64,000 bases of DNA, from assembly GCA_016930515.1 (NCBI GenBank), contig JAFGGO010000108.1, positions 32,224 to 96,223 of the forward strand, written 5' to 3'. Position numbers and translations under genes: made by a program. The DNA comes from Promethearchaeota archaeon (GTDB lineage: Archaea; Asgardarchaeota; Lokiarchaeia; Sigyniarchaeales; SOKP01). Of the stretch, positions 18,520 through 28,558 are shown piece after piece; within the stretch, counting starts at the first letter, position 1, and the number at the start of each line of letters is the position of its first letter. The notes beneath the pieces are model-generated. The model searched no databases. It was given only the letters and a program-made list of their open reading frames with translations, and was not told the DNA's origin.

Positions 18520-19437
18520 ATGAATGGTAAAAAAGGATTAATTCATAAAGTAGAGAGATTTTCCCTTCACGATGGTCCAGGCATTAGGACTTTGGTCATA
18601 ATGAAAGGATGCCCCTTAAAATGCTCCTGGTGTTCCTCCCCTTATACACAAAGTCCCAATCCCGAAATTCTTTATATAAAGAGTAAATGTACGGGGTGCG
18701 GTCGGTGTATTGAAACCTGCCAACAAAGTGCAATAACATGGGATGTAAATCTCTCTCAAGTAATAACGGATAGAACATTATGTATTGGTTGTGGTAAGTG
18801 CGTCAGTGTTTGTCTTAATGCCGCTCGTGAGTTATCAGGTAGGTCTTATACGATACAGCAATTATTCCAAGAAGTTGAAAAGGATGCGATCTTTTATCGT
18901 CGAAGTGGGGGTGGAATTACCATAGGTGGTGGGGAACCAACATTACAGGCCGAATTTGTTGGTGAATTTCTATCTATATGCCAATCACATTTTTTTCACA
19001 CAGCCATGGAAACATGCGCCCTTACCTCTTGGGAAAAATTTGCCCCCCTCTTGGATTTGCTCGATCTTGTTTATATTGATCTCAAACACATGAATGATAG
19101 TTATCATATTGCATGGACAGGAGCTTCCAATCGTGAGATTCTAAAAAATATTAGAAAAGCCGCCCAGAAAAATCAAATAATATTACGAATTCCCTTAATT
19201 CCTGGATTTAACGATTCTACGGAAAATATCACAGAGAGCGCAAGATTTGCGAAACAACTCGGAAAGAACATTATACGCCTGGAACTTTTACCTTATCATC
19301 AATTCGGTATTCATAAATACGAAGAATTAGAAAGAACATATACAATTGAATCCATTCAACCCCCTTCGGAGGATGATATGGTAAATTTACAGGATATTGT
19401 CAGATCTTTCGGTATTGAAGTAAAAATAGGCGGCTGA
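18520..19437 (+). CDS. Glycyl-radical enzyme activating enzyme with 2x[4Fe-4S] ferredoxin insert
   Basis: HDGPGIRT, GCPLKCSWC, CTGCGRC...C, CIGCGKC...C, GGGEP and ELLPYH. Confidence 0.95.
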   Translation: MNGKKGLIHKVERFSLHDGPGIRTLVIMKGCPLKCSWCSSPYTQSPNPEILYIKSKCTGCGRCIETCQQSAITWDVNLSQVITDRTLCIGCGKCVSVCLNAARELSGRSYTIQQLFQEVEKDAIFYRRSGGGITIGGGEPTLQAEFVGEFLSICQSHFFHTAMETCALTSWEKFAPLLDLLDLVYIDLKHMNDSYHIAWTGASNREILKNIRKAAQKNQIILRIPLIPGFNDSTENITESARFAKQLGKNIIRLELLPYHQFGIHKYEELERTYTIESIQPPSEDDMVNLQDIVRSFGIEVKIGG

Positions 19438-19486
19438 GATGTGACATATCAGAACATCATTAACGAATAAAAAAAAAGGTATTTGT

Positions 19487-21934
19487 ATGAAATTAGGTCA
19501 TAACTATCATAATCTACGGTACCCAGTACCTTCTGAACAATCAGCCGTTTTTTACCAAGAACATATTGAACGATTGAGAGAGAACCATCTGAATACTAAA
19601 AATACAGCTTCTATTGATAGGTTACGGATCGAGACACGTGTGATGAAAGATACAGAAGGTGAACCAATGGCAATCCGCAGGGCCAAGGTCTTTGCTAGGA
19701 TCTGTCGGGAGATGCCAATTGAGATCTGGCCAGATGAACTAATTTTCGGTCATACGGGCGTGCGTCCTCTTTGTCGGGATGTGATTCCCGATGACTGCCC
19801 GGTCCTCCTGAAAGGACAGCGTTTAACGTCCCTCATGGTGGATACAATTGAATTTGAATTAAAAGATTTTGATCCCGCCGACCAGAAGGAATTAATCGAG
19901 GAAATCGCTCCGTATTGGAAGGGAAATGGTGATTGGGAGAGAACTCATGCAGGTAGCAATTTCCAGGCTTTACCGGATTATTTAAAAGATCTTCTCTTCG
20001 AGGATACATGCACCTTTCCCCTGAAACAATCATTAATATACACGCCTTTTTTCATTTCGGGAGGACATTACGGGCATAATTCAATCTCTTACCCTGAGGT
20101 TCTAAAAAAAGGACTCTTAGGTATCAAGAAAGAAGTTGAAGCGAAGTTTAAAACGACAATGGAAAGCGATAATGGTTCAAGAACTTTTTTAAAAGCGGTT
20201 ATCTTAGCCTTGGAAGCGTCCATTGATGTAGGCAAGAGGTTCGCGGATAAAGCAAGGGAAATTGCCAAGAAGATAGAAGATCCCGTACGTAAATCTGAAC
20301 TCGAAAAAATTGCAACGATTTGCGACACTGTTCCTGCTTATCCCGCCCGAACATTTCATGAGGCACTACAATCAATTTTTATGACCCAAGTCCTTCTCAA
20401 TTGGGAATCGCCAATGATTCTTTCACAGACTACAGGGAGGATCGATCAATACCTGCTCCGATACTTTGAAGAAGATATGCAACATGGGATTCTCACGGTT
20501 GATATTGCTCAGGAACTGTTGGACTGTTATCTAATAAAGTTAAATCATATCAACCGAGGGAACCATCTTGCAGTGGGGGGATACAAAGCTAATGGCCGTG
20601 ATGGCACGAATATGCTTTCCTACATGTTGATCGAGGCCATGAAACACGTCCGTCTTGCGCATCCTTTTATAAGCGTGCTTCTCCACGCTCGAACGCCCCA
20701 AAAGTTGCTGATTAAAGCGGCGGAGTTATCTGCTCTCGGAACGGGGCATCCTGTTTTTCTCAATGCTGATACCTTAACTACAATGATGTTGGCACGTGGG
20801 AATATAGGGGGCTTTCCTATCACCCTAGAGCTTGCTCGAACCGCCACACCTGTCGGTTGCTACGAACCAGTCATCATGGGTCTGGATTCAGGATATATGT
20901 ACGGTGGTTATTTCAATTTAGCAGCCATTTGCGAATTAGTTCTCACAAATGGATACAGCAGGCGCTATGGAAAAAACATAGGGCTACAAACTGGTGATCC
21001 TCGGAAATTCACCTCTTTTAAAGAATTTAAAGAAGCTTACAATGCTCAACTTTCATTCATGATAAAGAATTTTTCTTCTGCAACTGATATTTTTGAACGA
21101 GTGTTATCCAATCTCCTGCCAACACCATTCGAATCGAGTCTCATTAAAGATTGTATTTCTAAAGGGAAATCACGTGAAGACGGAGGTGCGCGGTTTAATT
21201 TCAGGACGATAATCGGGGCTGGATCGAGTGATACTGGAGATTCACTAACTGCCATATCTAAACTCATTTTTGATGAGAAGAAAATTACAATGGATGAATT
21301 ATGTCGTGCATTAGAAGCCAATTTTGAAGGATATGAAAATATCCGGAATATTTTATGCGCTGTACCCAAGTTTGGAAATGATGATGATATTGCCGATGAA
21401 CAGGTTGCGTGGGTTAGTCACGTGTTCGCTAAAGAGGTATCTAAGCAAAAAAATACCCGAGGCGGTCACGCCGTTCCTATGGGTGCCCCCTTGCAGTATT
21501 ACATGTTTGGAGGATGGGTTGTAGGGGCCTTACCCTCGGGAAGAAAAGCATGGGAACCATTATCGGACGCTTGGTCACTATGTGCAGGAAGCGATGTTAA
21601 TGGTCCAACGGCCGTTTTTAATAGCATGGGAAAAGTTAACAATGCAGAACTTTCAGCTGGCGTCACTCTCAATCTGCGTTTAGATCCTTCGATTTTCAGA
21701 AGCGATGATGGCATTCTAAGATTCGTTAACTTTATTAGAGCCTTTGTTGATCAAGGAATCTTCCAAGTTCAGTTCAACATCATAGATACAAAAACGCTCC
21801 GAGAGGCGCAAAAAGAGCCGGAAAAATATAGAGATTTAATCGTAAAAGTTGCAGGGTATAGCGCTTATTTTACGCAGCTTATTAAATCATTACAGGATGG
21901 AGTCATTACTAGAACGGAACATAAACTTTTATAA
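19487..21934 (+). CDS. Glycyl radical enzyme 1 (non-PFL, eliminase-like; substrate unknown)
   Basis: Cys loop VGCYEP; Gly loop VKVAGYSAYF. Confidence 0.9.
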   Translation: MKLGHNYHNLRYPVPSEQSAVFYQEHIERLRENHLNTKNTASIDRLRIETRVMKDTEGEPMAIRRAKVFARICREMPIEIWPDELIFGHTGVRPLCRDVIPDDCPVLLKGQRLTSLMVDTIEFELKDFDPADQKELIEEIAPYWKGNGDWERTHAGSNFQALPDYLKDLLFEDTCTFPLKQSLIYTPFFISGGHYGHNSISYPEVLKKGLLGIKKEVEAKFKTTMESDNGSRTFLKAVILALEASIDVGKRFADKAREIAKKIEDPVRKSELEKIATICDTVPAYPARTFHEALQSIFMTQVLLNWESPMILSQTTGRIDQYLLRYFEEDMQHGILTVDIAQELLDCYLIKLNHINRGNHLAVGGYKANGRDGTNMLSYMLIEAMKHVRLAHPFISVLLHARTPQKLLIKAAELSALGTGHPVFLNADTLTTMMLARGNIGGFPITLELARTATPVGCYEPVIMGLDSGYMYGGYFNLAAICELVLTNGYSRRYGKNIGLQTGDPRKFTSFKEFKEAYNAQLSFMIKNFSSATDIFERVLSNLLPTPFESSLIKDCISKGKSREDGGARFNFRTIIGAGSSDTGDSLTAISKLIFDEKKITMDELCRALEANFEGYENIRNILCAVPKFGNDDDIADEQVAWVSHVFAKEVSKQKNTRGGHAVPMGAPLQYYMFGGWVVGALPSGRKAWEPLSDAWSLCAGSDVNGPTAVFNSMGKVNNAELSAGVTLNLRLDPSIFRSDDGILRFVNFIRAFVDQGIFQVQFNIIDTKTLREAQKEPEKYRDLIVKVAGYSAYFTQLIKSLQDGVITRTEHKLL

Positions 21935-21959
21935 TAAATCCATTAAAAAAGTAAAAAAA

Positions 21960-24470
21960 ATGATAGATTTGAACGAAAAATTTATAACAATTCAACCTAC
22001 AGCACGCATGAAAAGGTTAAGAGCATTTTATATTGAAAATTCAAAACAAGATGAACCATTTTACACTATATATTTCGATCGTGCAATCGCTAGAGTCATG
22101 AAGGAGACCGAAGGAGAACCAATGGTTTTACATAGGGCCAAGGCTTTTGCCGCAGCAGTAGAAGCTATACCGGTCGAAATATTTCCTGATGAACCTTTTG
22201 TGGGATGGATTGGAGGTAGTCCTACTGCCATTCCATTGGGCGCAGAACAACTGGGAGCTAGATTAGAAATCGAGCTGGATTTCTATAAAAACATGAATGC
22301 TGAAGATCGGAATATTGTACGAGAGGAAATTATTCCTTATTGGAAGGGTAGTGGTGATTGGAAACGCCATTGGTTCCATCAAAATTATCAGATGCTTCCC
22401 CCTGAGACGCGTAATCTTCTCTACGGAGATCCCGATCCAGACCTTAAAAAAATAGGAATTATAACGCGATCAAGACCACCAGCTTTACCTCGGATCGAGA
22501 TGAATGAAGTTTCGGATGAGACGGATGGTTTGGGGCGGGGATTTATCAGCGATGGCATGAATCGCCACCATATAGGTCATTGTTCCTATGGATACAAAAA
22601 GGTGCTGAAAAAAGGTTTTCTTGGTATTAAAAAGGATGCAGAGGATCGACTGGCTCGAATTGATTGGACCAATACAGAAGATCAAAAAAAGGTACCTTTC
22701 CTCAAGAGCGTGATAATTGCAATGGATGCTGCTGCGAAAGTTGGGACGAAATTTGCAGTTAGCGCTCGAAAAACAGCCGAAAAAGAAACGGAACTGGGCC
22801 GTAAAGGCGAATTGGAAAAGATCGCCCGGATATGTGAGCGTGTTCCTGCTCTTCCTGCTCGTACTTTTCATGAAGCCCTCCAATCTGTCTGGTTTACTCA
22901 AATTTTAAATTGGTGTGAAGTTCCAATAATTTTTGCTGTATCTCCAGGCAAAGTTGATCAATACCTTTATCCGTTTTACGAAAAAGATATTCGTGAAGGT
23001 AATCTAACAAAGCAGGACGCCCAGGAATTAATTGATTGCTGGCTAATGAGATTCACGCAGGGGGTGTCGCCGTTCATTCCCCAATCCGGTGCCGCCTATC
23101 ACATGGATGTCGGGGGTTTAAAAGAAGATGGGAGCGATGCTACCAACGAATTATCATACATGTTTATTGAAGCCATGATCCACACGCGAATGGTCGAACC
23201 AAATTTCGGAGTTTTTGTCCATAGTAAAACTCCAGAGGATTTGTTGATTAAGGCCTGTCAACTCTGCGTTCTAGGAACAGGACATCCCATGTTTCTAAAT
23301 AATGATGTTTTTGTCGAAAACTTTTTAGCACGTGGGACTTTGGGCGGACCTTCCGTTCCGCTGGAGTTAGCTCGAACTAGTGGTGCTATTGGTTGTAATG
23401 AACCTCATGTGACAAATTACGACTCTGAATTCAATGTGGGGCCATTTCTCCTCTTACCACATGTTTTAGAATTGACCCTATCGAATGGATGGAGTCGAAT
23501 CCATAATAAATATATGGGTCTGCGTACCGGAGATCCAAGGGAATTCAAAACTTTTGCTGACCTACAAGACGCTTACTTAAAACAATTGGCGTATTTAACA
23601 ACACAATGCGAGATCGCTAATAATAATTCTGAAATTACTCTAGCCCAGCGATATCCTACAATTTACGCATCTGCGTTAATTGAAGATTGCATCGAAAATG
23701 GGCTTACACGAGAAGAGGGTGGGGCACGGTTTAATTTTGGTCCTTGTATCGCCACAGCTGGTGCAACGGATGTTGGAGACTCCCTTGCTGTAATCAAAAT
23801 GCTAGTATACGATAAGCAGGAGATAACAATGTCTGAACTTCTCGACGCCTTAAAGACTAATTTTGAAGAACACAATTCATTGCGTGAAAAACTACTTCAG
23901 GTGCCTAAGTTTGGAAACGATATAGATTATGTCGACGAGATTGTCTCTTGGGTCATGAAAACCTATTGCGATGAAATCATCAAACACGAAAACACGCGTG
24001 GGGGACATTTAGTTCCTTATCAAAATCCTCTTGCTTGGTATGTGAGTACCGGCAGATCTGTCGGAGCTCTTCCTTCGGGAAGAAAAGCTGGAGAACCACT
24101 TTCAGACGGGATCTCCCCTACACGCGGGGTGGATGTCAGTGGACCCACGGCCGTGTTTAATTCCGTCAGTAAAATTGATAACATCTCAATTTTTTTTGGA
24201 GAGACCCTAAACATGCGGCTCAACATGGATGTTTTCGCAAATGACGCAGGAATCCATAGGCTGGCTACAATGATTAGGACCTTTGTCGATCTTAAGATTC
24301 ATCATTGCCAATTTAATCTTGTCTCTTCAGAAATTCTAAGGAAAGCACAGCAGAATCCAAGTGAATATCAAGATCTTACAGTACGAGTGGCTGGTTATGT
24401 TGCTTACTTCACTAGGTTAAGCAAGTCAGTACAAGACAGCATAATCGCCCGTACAGAGCATGGTGGTTAA
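21960..24470 (+). CDS. Glycyl radical enzyme 2 (paralog of GRE1; substrate unknown)
   Basis: Cys loop IGCNEP; Gly loop VRVAGYVAYF. Start set at ATG 21960, after the GRE1 stop. Confidence 0.9.
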   Translation: MIDLNEKFITIQPTARMKRLRAFYIENSKQDEPFYTIYFDRAIARVMKETEGEPMVLHRAKAFAAAVEAIPVEIFPDEPFVGWIGGSPTAIPLGAEQLGARLEIELDFYKNMNAEDRNIVREEIIPYWKGSGDWKRHWFHQNYQMLPPETRNLLYGDPDPDLKKIGIITRSRPPALPRIEMNEVSDETDGLGRGFISDGMNRHHIGHCSYGYKKVLKKGFLGIKKDAEDRLARIDWTNTEDQKKVPFLKSVIIAMDAAAKVGTKFAVSARKTAEKETELGRKGELEKIARICERVPALPARTFHEALQSVWFTQILNWCEVPIIFAVSPGKVDQYLYPFYEKDIREGNLTKQDAQELIDCWLMRFTQGVSPFIPQSGAAYHMDVGGLKEDGSDATNELSYMFIEAMIHTRMVEPNFGVFVHSKTPEDLLIKACQLCVLGTGHPMFLNNDVFVENFLARGTLGGPSVPLELARTSGAIGCNEPHVTNYDSEFNVGPFLLLPHVLELTLSNGWSRIHNKYMGLRTGDPREFKTFADLQDAYLKQLAYLTTQCEIANNNSEITLAQRYPTIYASALIEDCIENGLTREEGGARFNFGPCIATAGATDVGDSLAVIKMLVYDKQEITMSELLDALKTNFEEHNSLREKLLQVPKFGNDIDYVDEIVSWVMKTYCDEIIKHENTRGGHLVPYQNPLAWYVSTGRSVGALPSGRKAGEPLSDGISPTRGVDVSGPTAVFNSVSKIDNISIFFGETLNMRLNMDVFANDAGIHRLATMIRTFVDLKIHHCQFNLVSSEILRKAQQNPSEYQDLTVRVAGYVAYFTRLSKSVQDSIIARTEHGG

Positions 24471-24647
24471 ATTAGTATTTAAAACATTCATTCATTCTTT
24501 TTATTAATTATTTTTCTAAGAATCTTTAGCTATTTCTAAATGAAATATGAAATCTAAAGTTCATTTATTAGAATATAAAAAAACCAGACTACATAACGAA
24601 ATATTCGATCTTTATATTAAATAATTAAAAAAAAAGGTAATTATTGT

Positions 24648-27101
24648 CTAAAATTCACTGAAAACGGTTCTTGCGATGATATCGTCTTGAAGGTTTTTAC
24701 TAAGATCTATAAAACGAGCAGAATAACCCGAAACCTTGACTGAAAGATCGGGGTATCTTTCTGGATGAGCCTGTGCGTCCTTCAACGTTTCAGAGCTTAC
24801 AGGATTAATCTGAAGTTCTCTCCCTCCTAATTCAAAGTATGCTTCAACTATAGAAGTGAGTTGGTCTATTCCTTTGTCATTATCTATCAAGCTTGGATTA
24901 ATTCTCACGTTTAACGCAACTCCATTGGTAAGAAGGGCATCGCGCGAAGCTAAAGCTACTGATCGGAGTGCCATGGTAAGACCATTCTTTTCCGTGCCGT
25001 TTACGGGAGAAAGTCCATTCGATACGGCTTCGCCTTGTATTCTTCCATCTGGAGTGGCTCCTAACATTTTACCCTCCAAAACCTGCGTTCCCGCTGCAGA
25101 TACGAGGCTAGATCGATATATACCATCACCCCCCCTCACGTGATATTTTCTTGGAATGTTGCTAAAAAGCTCCATGACCCATTTTGCAAGTTCGTCTACC
25201 TCTTCGTCGCCATTACCGTATTTGGGCGCTTTATTTCTTAATTGTTGCTTGAGTGCTTCTGCGCCCTTGAAATTATTACGAAGATGTTTAACCAATTCTT
25301 CCATTGTTATCAATTTTTGCTCGAAAACTGCCCAACGAATTGCCGCAAGCGAGTTAACAACCGTTCCTAAGGCTTGTCCATTCATACAACTATTATTGTA
25401 GCGTGCCCCGCTTCGGGTAATATCGTTTCCACTCTCCAAACAACCCTCTATCGTGGATGATATTAATGGAGAAGGAAATTCTTCTGCAAATACCTTGTCT
25501 TTCAATTCTGCCATTTTCACGACTTTATCTATTGAAAAAGCAAGTTGATCAGCAAAGGCTTTCTTTACATCTTCAAAAGATTTAAAAGTACTTGGATCGG
25601 GGGTTTTTGCACCTACTTGTTTTTCTCCCAATAAAAGAACCCTTCCCTCGTTTAAAGCCATGTTAAGAACGACCGCCATAAAAATACCGTTACCTCCGGT
25701 ATAGGAAAAATCGTTACCTGTACCTGTGGGTTCTACACACCCCACGATTGAATAATCTCGAGCATCTTCTAGTGAATAACCGTCTTTTTGAAGTTGTGGT
25801 ATTAATATCTCGTCGTTATGAATGGCCATTCCCGCAGTAAATCGAAAAGTTTCAATAACTCTTTTAAAAAATTCCCGTGGCGTTTTAGAAGAGATCCGTA
25901 TTGACAAAGTGTTTAATAAACTTTTTACGTTTGCAATAGCTTCAAGAAACATGAAAGATACATCGTTTGTTGCGTCGTTTCCGTCATTATCTACGCCCCC
26001 AATCGTTATGTTATTCTGTCCTGCTATGACAACGGAAGCAAGTTTAACTAAATATTCTTCAATCGCTCCTAAAGCTTGCTTATAAGTAATCCTTCCTTCT
26101 TCTAAATCCGCTGCGTAAAAAGGATAAAGATATTGGTCCACTCGTCCTTGAGAAAATATGTTCATGTCGCCATAACTCATTTCCATGACGACATTAGTCA
26201 TCCATACGGATTGAATTGCTTCCATGAAAGATGTAGGTGGGAGTGCTGGCACTCTTCTTGCACGTTCTGCAATTTTTAAAAGTACTACTTTTCTTTCTTC
26301 GTTAGCATTTTCAGCCATTTTCACGGCAAGTTCCGCATATCGGTTTGAATAATCGCAAACGGCTTTAGAAGTTACCAAAACTGCTTCGTAAAAATCTTTG
26401 CGTTGTTCGTAATTCTCGTCCGTTTCTTTGAGTTTCGCAAGACCTTCGGTCGCCATTTTTTCTATTCCTTTAAATCCTAGTTCTAATACTCGTTTATATC
26501 CTGGAATGACATGTCCTTGCATGTCGGCTAATAATGCATAAGTACCGGGATTTTGTGCAAGTAATCTACCGAGTATTGCGGCCATTGGTCCTGTCAAATC
26601 TTCAAATAATCCTGCTTCTTTCAAGCGTTCAACTTTCCGATTACTTAAAGTTTTACCCTTCCAGAACGGAATGATGTTATTTTTCAAATCATTGCGCTCT
26701 TGTTCTGTAAAAGGAGCATAACGTTCAAGGTGATTCAACTGTCCCATTAACATTTTTTTAATGCTTTCATCGACTTGATCGCTTAAGAGAACTTCGTATA
26801 TGCTAACATGGGTTCCAAGTTCTATTTCGAATGGATCAGCTCTGATTTTACTAGATTTTTTTCCTACAAGCAGCTCATTATCATCAATCCTTATCGGAAG
26901 ACACCGTAAGAATTCCTCTAATGCTTTAGCTTTCCGCAGGCAAGGTGGTGATCCCTCCATTTGCTTCCAGATTCTTGTATAACATCGAGCTCGCTCAATG
27001 TCATATTCAAAAGGACTAGATAACATCTTATCCCTTATTTTTCGAACCCTCTCTGAAGGTATCCCTTGTAGAGGTTTCATGGTTAATTCTTGGATCGTCA
27101 T
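24648..27101 (-). CDS. Glycyl radical enzyme 3 (GCVE-type eliminase/PflD-like; substrate unknown)
   Basis: Cys loop VGCVEP; Gly loop VKVSGYSARF; convergent with GRE1/2. Start is 27101 or 27080. Confidence 0.9.
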   Translation of the reverse strand: MTIQELTMKPLQGIPSERVRKIRDKMLSSPFEYDIERARCYTRIWKQMEGSPPCLRKAKALEEFLRCLPIRIDDNELLVGKKSSKIRADPFEIELGTHVSIYEVLLSDQVDESIKKMLMGQLNHLERYAPFTEQERNDLKNNIIPFWKGKTLSNRKVERLKEAGLFEDLTGPMAAILGRLLAQNPGTYALLADMQGHVIPGYKRVLELGFKGIEKMATEGLAKLKETDENYEQRKDFYEAVLVTSKAVCDYSNRYAELAVKMAENANEERKVVLLKIAERARRVPALPPTSFMEAIQSVWMTNVVMEMSYGDMNIFSQGRVDQYLYPFYAADLEEGRITYKQALGAIEEYLVKLASVVIAGQNNITIGGVDNDGNDATNDVSFMFLEAIANVKSLLNTLSIRISSKTPREFFKRVIETFRFTAGMAIHNDEILIPQLQKDGYSLEDARDYSIVGCVEPTGTGNDFSYTGGNGIFMAVVLNMALNEGRVLLLGEKQVGAKTPDPSTFKSFEDVKKAFADQLAFSIDKVVKMAELKDKVFAEEFPSPLISSTIEGCLESGNDITRSGARYNNSCMNGQALGTVVNSLAAIRWAVFEQKLITMEELVKHLRNNFKGAEALKQQLRNKAPKYGNGDEEVDELAKWVMELFSNIPRKYHVRGGDGIYRSSLVSAAGTQVLEGKMLGATPDGRIQGEAVSNGLSPVNGTEKNGLTMALRSVALASRDALLTNGVALNVRINPSLIDNDKGIDQLTSIVEAYFELGGRELQINPVSSETLKDAQAHPERYPDLSVKVSGYSARFIDLSKNLQDDIIARTVFSEF

Positions 27102-27107
27102 ATATAA

Positions 27108-27147
27108 ATTAATGACCGTCGTGCATTTAAAGATTTTTGTCATTAAT
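27108..27147. promoter_or_regulatory. Inverted repeat straddling a TATA-like box upstream of GRE3
   Basis: ATTAATGAC (27108-27116), N22, GTCATTAAT (27139-27147), with TTTAAA at 27126-27131. Confidence 0.5.
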
Positions 27148-27339
27148 GCAAGATTTAAAAATTCGATTTTATATTTTCAAAGCTGATTTTGAAAAAATGG
27201 CTATATTTTCTTAATAAAATGATGATTTAGGTCATATAATATCTTAAAAACCAAACGAGTAAAAAGATTCTTTGAGTGGTAAGTTTTTTTGTGAACCTCT
27301 CTTATGTTTAAGAAAAATTCACTTGTATTAAAACGATAT

Positions 27340-28434
27340 TTAAAATAAATGATCTTCTATTATTTTTGAACCATAGTCCGCTTGTTTTACTTTCACGATA
27401 TCGCTTTCAGGAATTCCAATGTCTCCTAAAAAACCTTGAACTCCTTCAATATCTTCAGTTCTGCAAAAACAATGGATGTTTGGTCCCGCATCGACAGTAA
27501 AATAGCATTCGATTCCCTCTTTTTCTTTTTGTTTCACGCCTTCTTTAAGTAATTTAGCAGTTTGAAAATATTGATATCTTAGTTTTGTAACCCGTTTCAT
27601 AACTCGTAAAGTGTTAGGATTCCAATAAAACAAGGGCGGATCAGATGTCATCATCACACTATGCATGTACAAGCAATTTTTCTCTGTTATTTTCCCCACC
27701 GTAGTAAAATCGTCGTTCATGATTGCTTCCCTGATTTCCACGCATTGTCTTTCGGATTCTTTAATTTTTATGGGATTAAACACGCTCGAATGTGCTGAAT
27801 CGTGTCCAACATTTGATATGACTTCTTTTTCCTCTCGGTTTATTACAGCTATGACGGCGGCAATGTTAAATTCGTTGCAGGCACATATTTGTTCAGCGTA
27901 AGATGTGTCATGAGAGTTTCCCTTTTTCCACCATACAAACCCGCCGTGAATCGAGCGAGCTGCAGAACCAGAACCCAGTCGTGCGTATTTTGATAGTTCG
28001 GTATTGTCTAAACCTAGATTTAAAGCATTACTAGTACACGTCGCAAGTGCTGCAAACGCTGAAGCCGAAGAAGCTAAACCCGCTGCCGTTGGGAACTTGT
28101 TCTCGCTTACCATTTTAAAATGTAGATCTACATTAGCTAACTCTTTTAATGGATTTACCACTGCCAAAATTCGTTTCATTTGGCTTTGATCAAACACGCT
28201 CAATTCATTATTTGTTTTTAAAAAAGCAGTGTCTTTGCTAAAGTTTTCTGAAAATTCTATTGTTGTGTGTGTGATAAGGTCAATTCCCGTTTTGGAACTT
28301 TCAATGGATTCTTTCGTCATGCTAACAGTATCGTTCGTGGGAATGTTAAGGTACGATGGATGATCGACGGCGCGACCCCAATATTTTATTAAGGCTATAT
28401 TTGGATGTGCTACAGCTGAAGATTTCAATTTCAT
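27340..28434 (-). CDS. mvaD: (Di)phosphomevalonate decarboxylase
   Basis: NIALIKYWG, FPTAAGLASSAS, RLGSGSAARS and TVDAGPNIH. Confidence 0.9.
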   Translation of the reverse strand: MKLKSSAVAHPNIALIKYWGRAVDHPSYLNIPTNDTVSMTKESIESSKTGIDLITHTTIEFSENFSKDTAFLKTNNELSVFDQSQMKRILAVVNPLKELANVDLHFKMVSENKFPTAAGLASSASAFAALATCTSNALNLGLDNTELSKYARLGSGSAARSIHGGFVWWKKGNSHDTSYAEQICACNEFNIAAVIAVINREEKEVISNVGHDSAHSSVFNPIKIKESERQCVEIREAIMNDDFTTVGKITEKNCLYMHSVMMTSDPPLFYWNPNTLRVMKRVTKLRYQYFQTAKLLKEGVKQKEKEGIECYFTVDAGPNIHCFCRTEDIEGVQGFLGDIGIPESDIVKVKQADYGSKIIEDHLF

Positions 28435-28558
28435 GTTAAACCACTTTTATATTATAGAAATTTGTATTCAAGGAATTATAAATTTGGTTTTGTTTTTAAA
28501 GAAACTGTTTATAGATTAGAACTTAATCTTTAAATAACAAGGAAAAATAAATGCAAGT

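Noticed and set aside
21849-21959. N-terminal extension of GRE2 overlapping GRE1
   Set aside because: Longest-ORF artefact; the ATG at 21960, after the GRE1 stop, is more plausible.
19487-27101. Calling the three GREs pyruvate formate-lyase or alkyl/benzylsuccinate synthase
   Set aside because: There is no Cys-Cys pair, all three have single-Cys CxE loops, and no small Fe-S subunits are adjacent.
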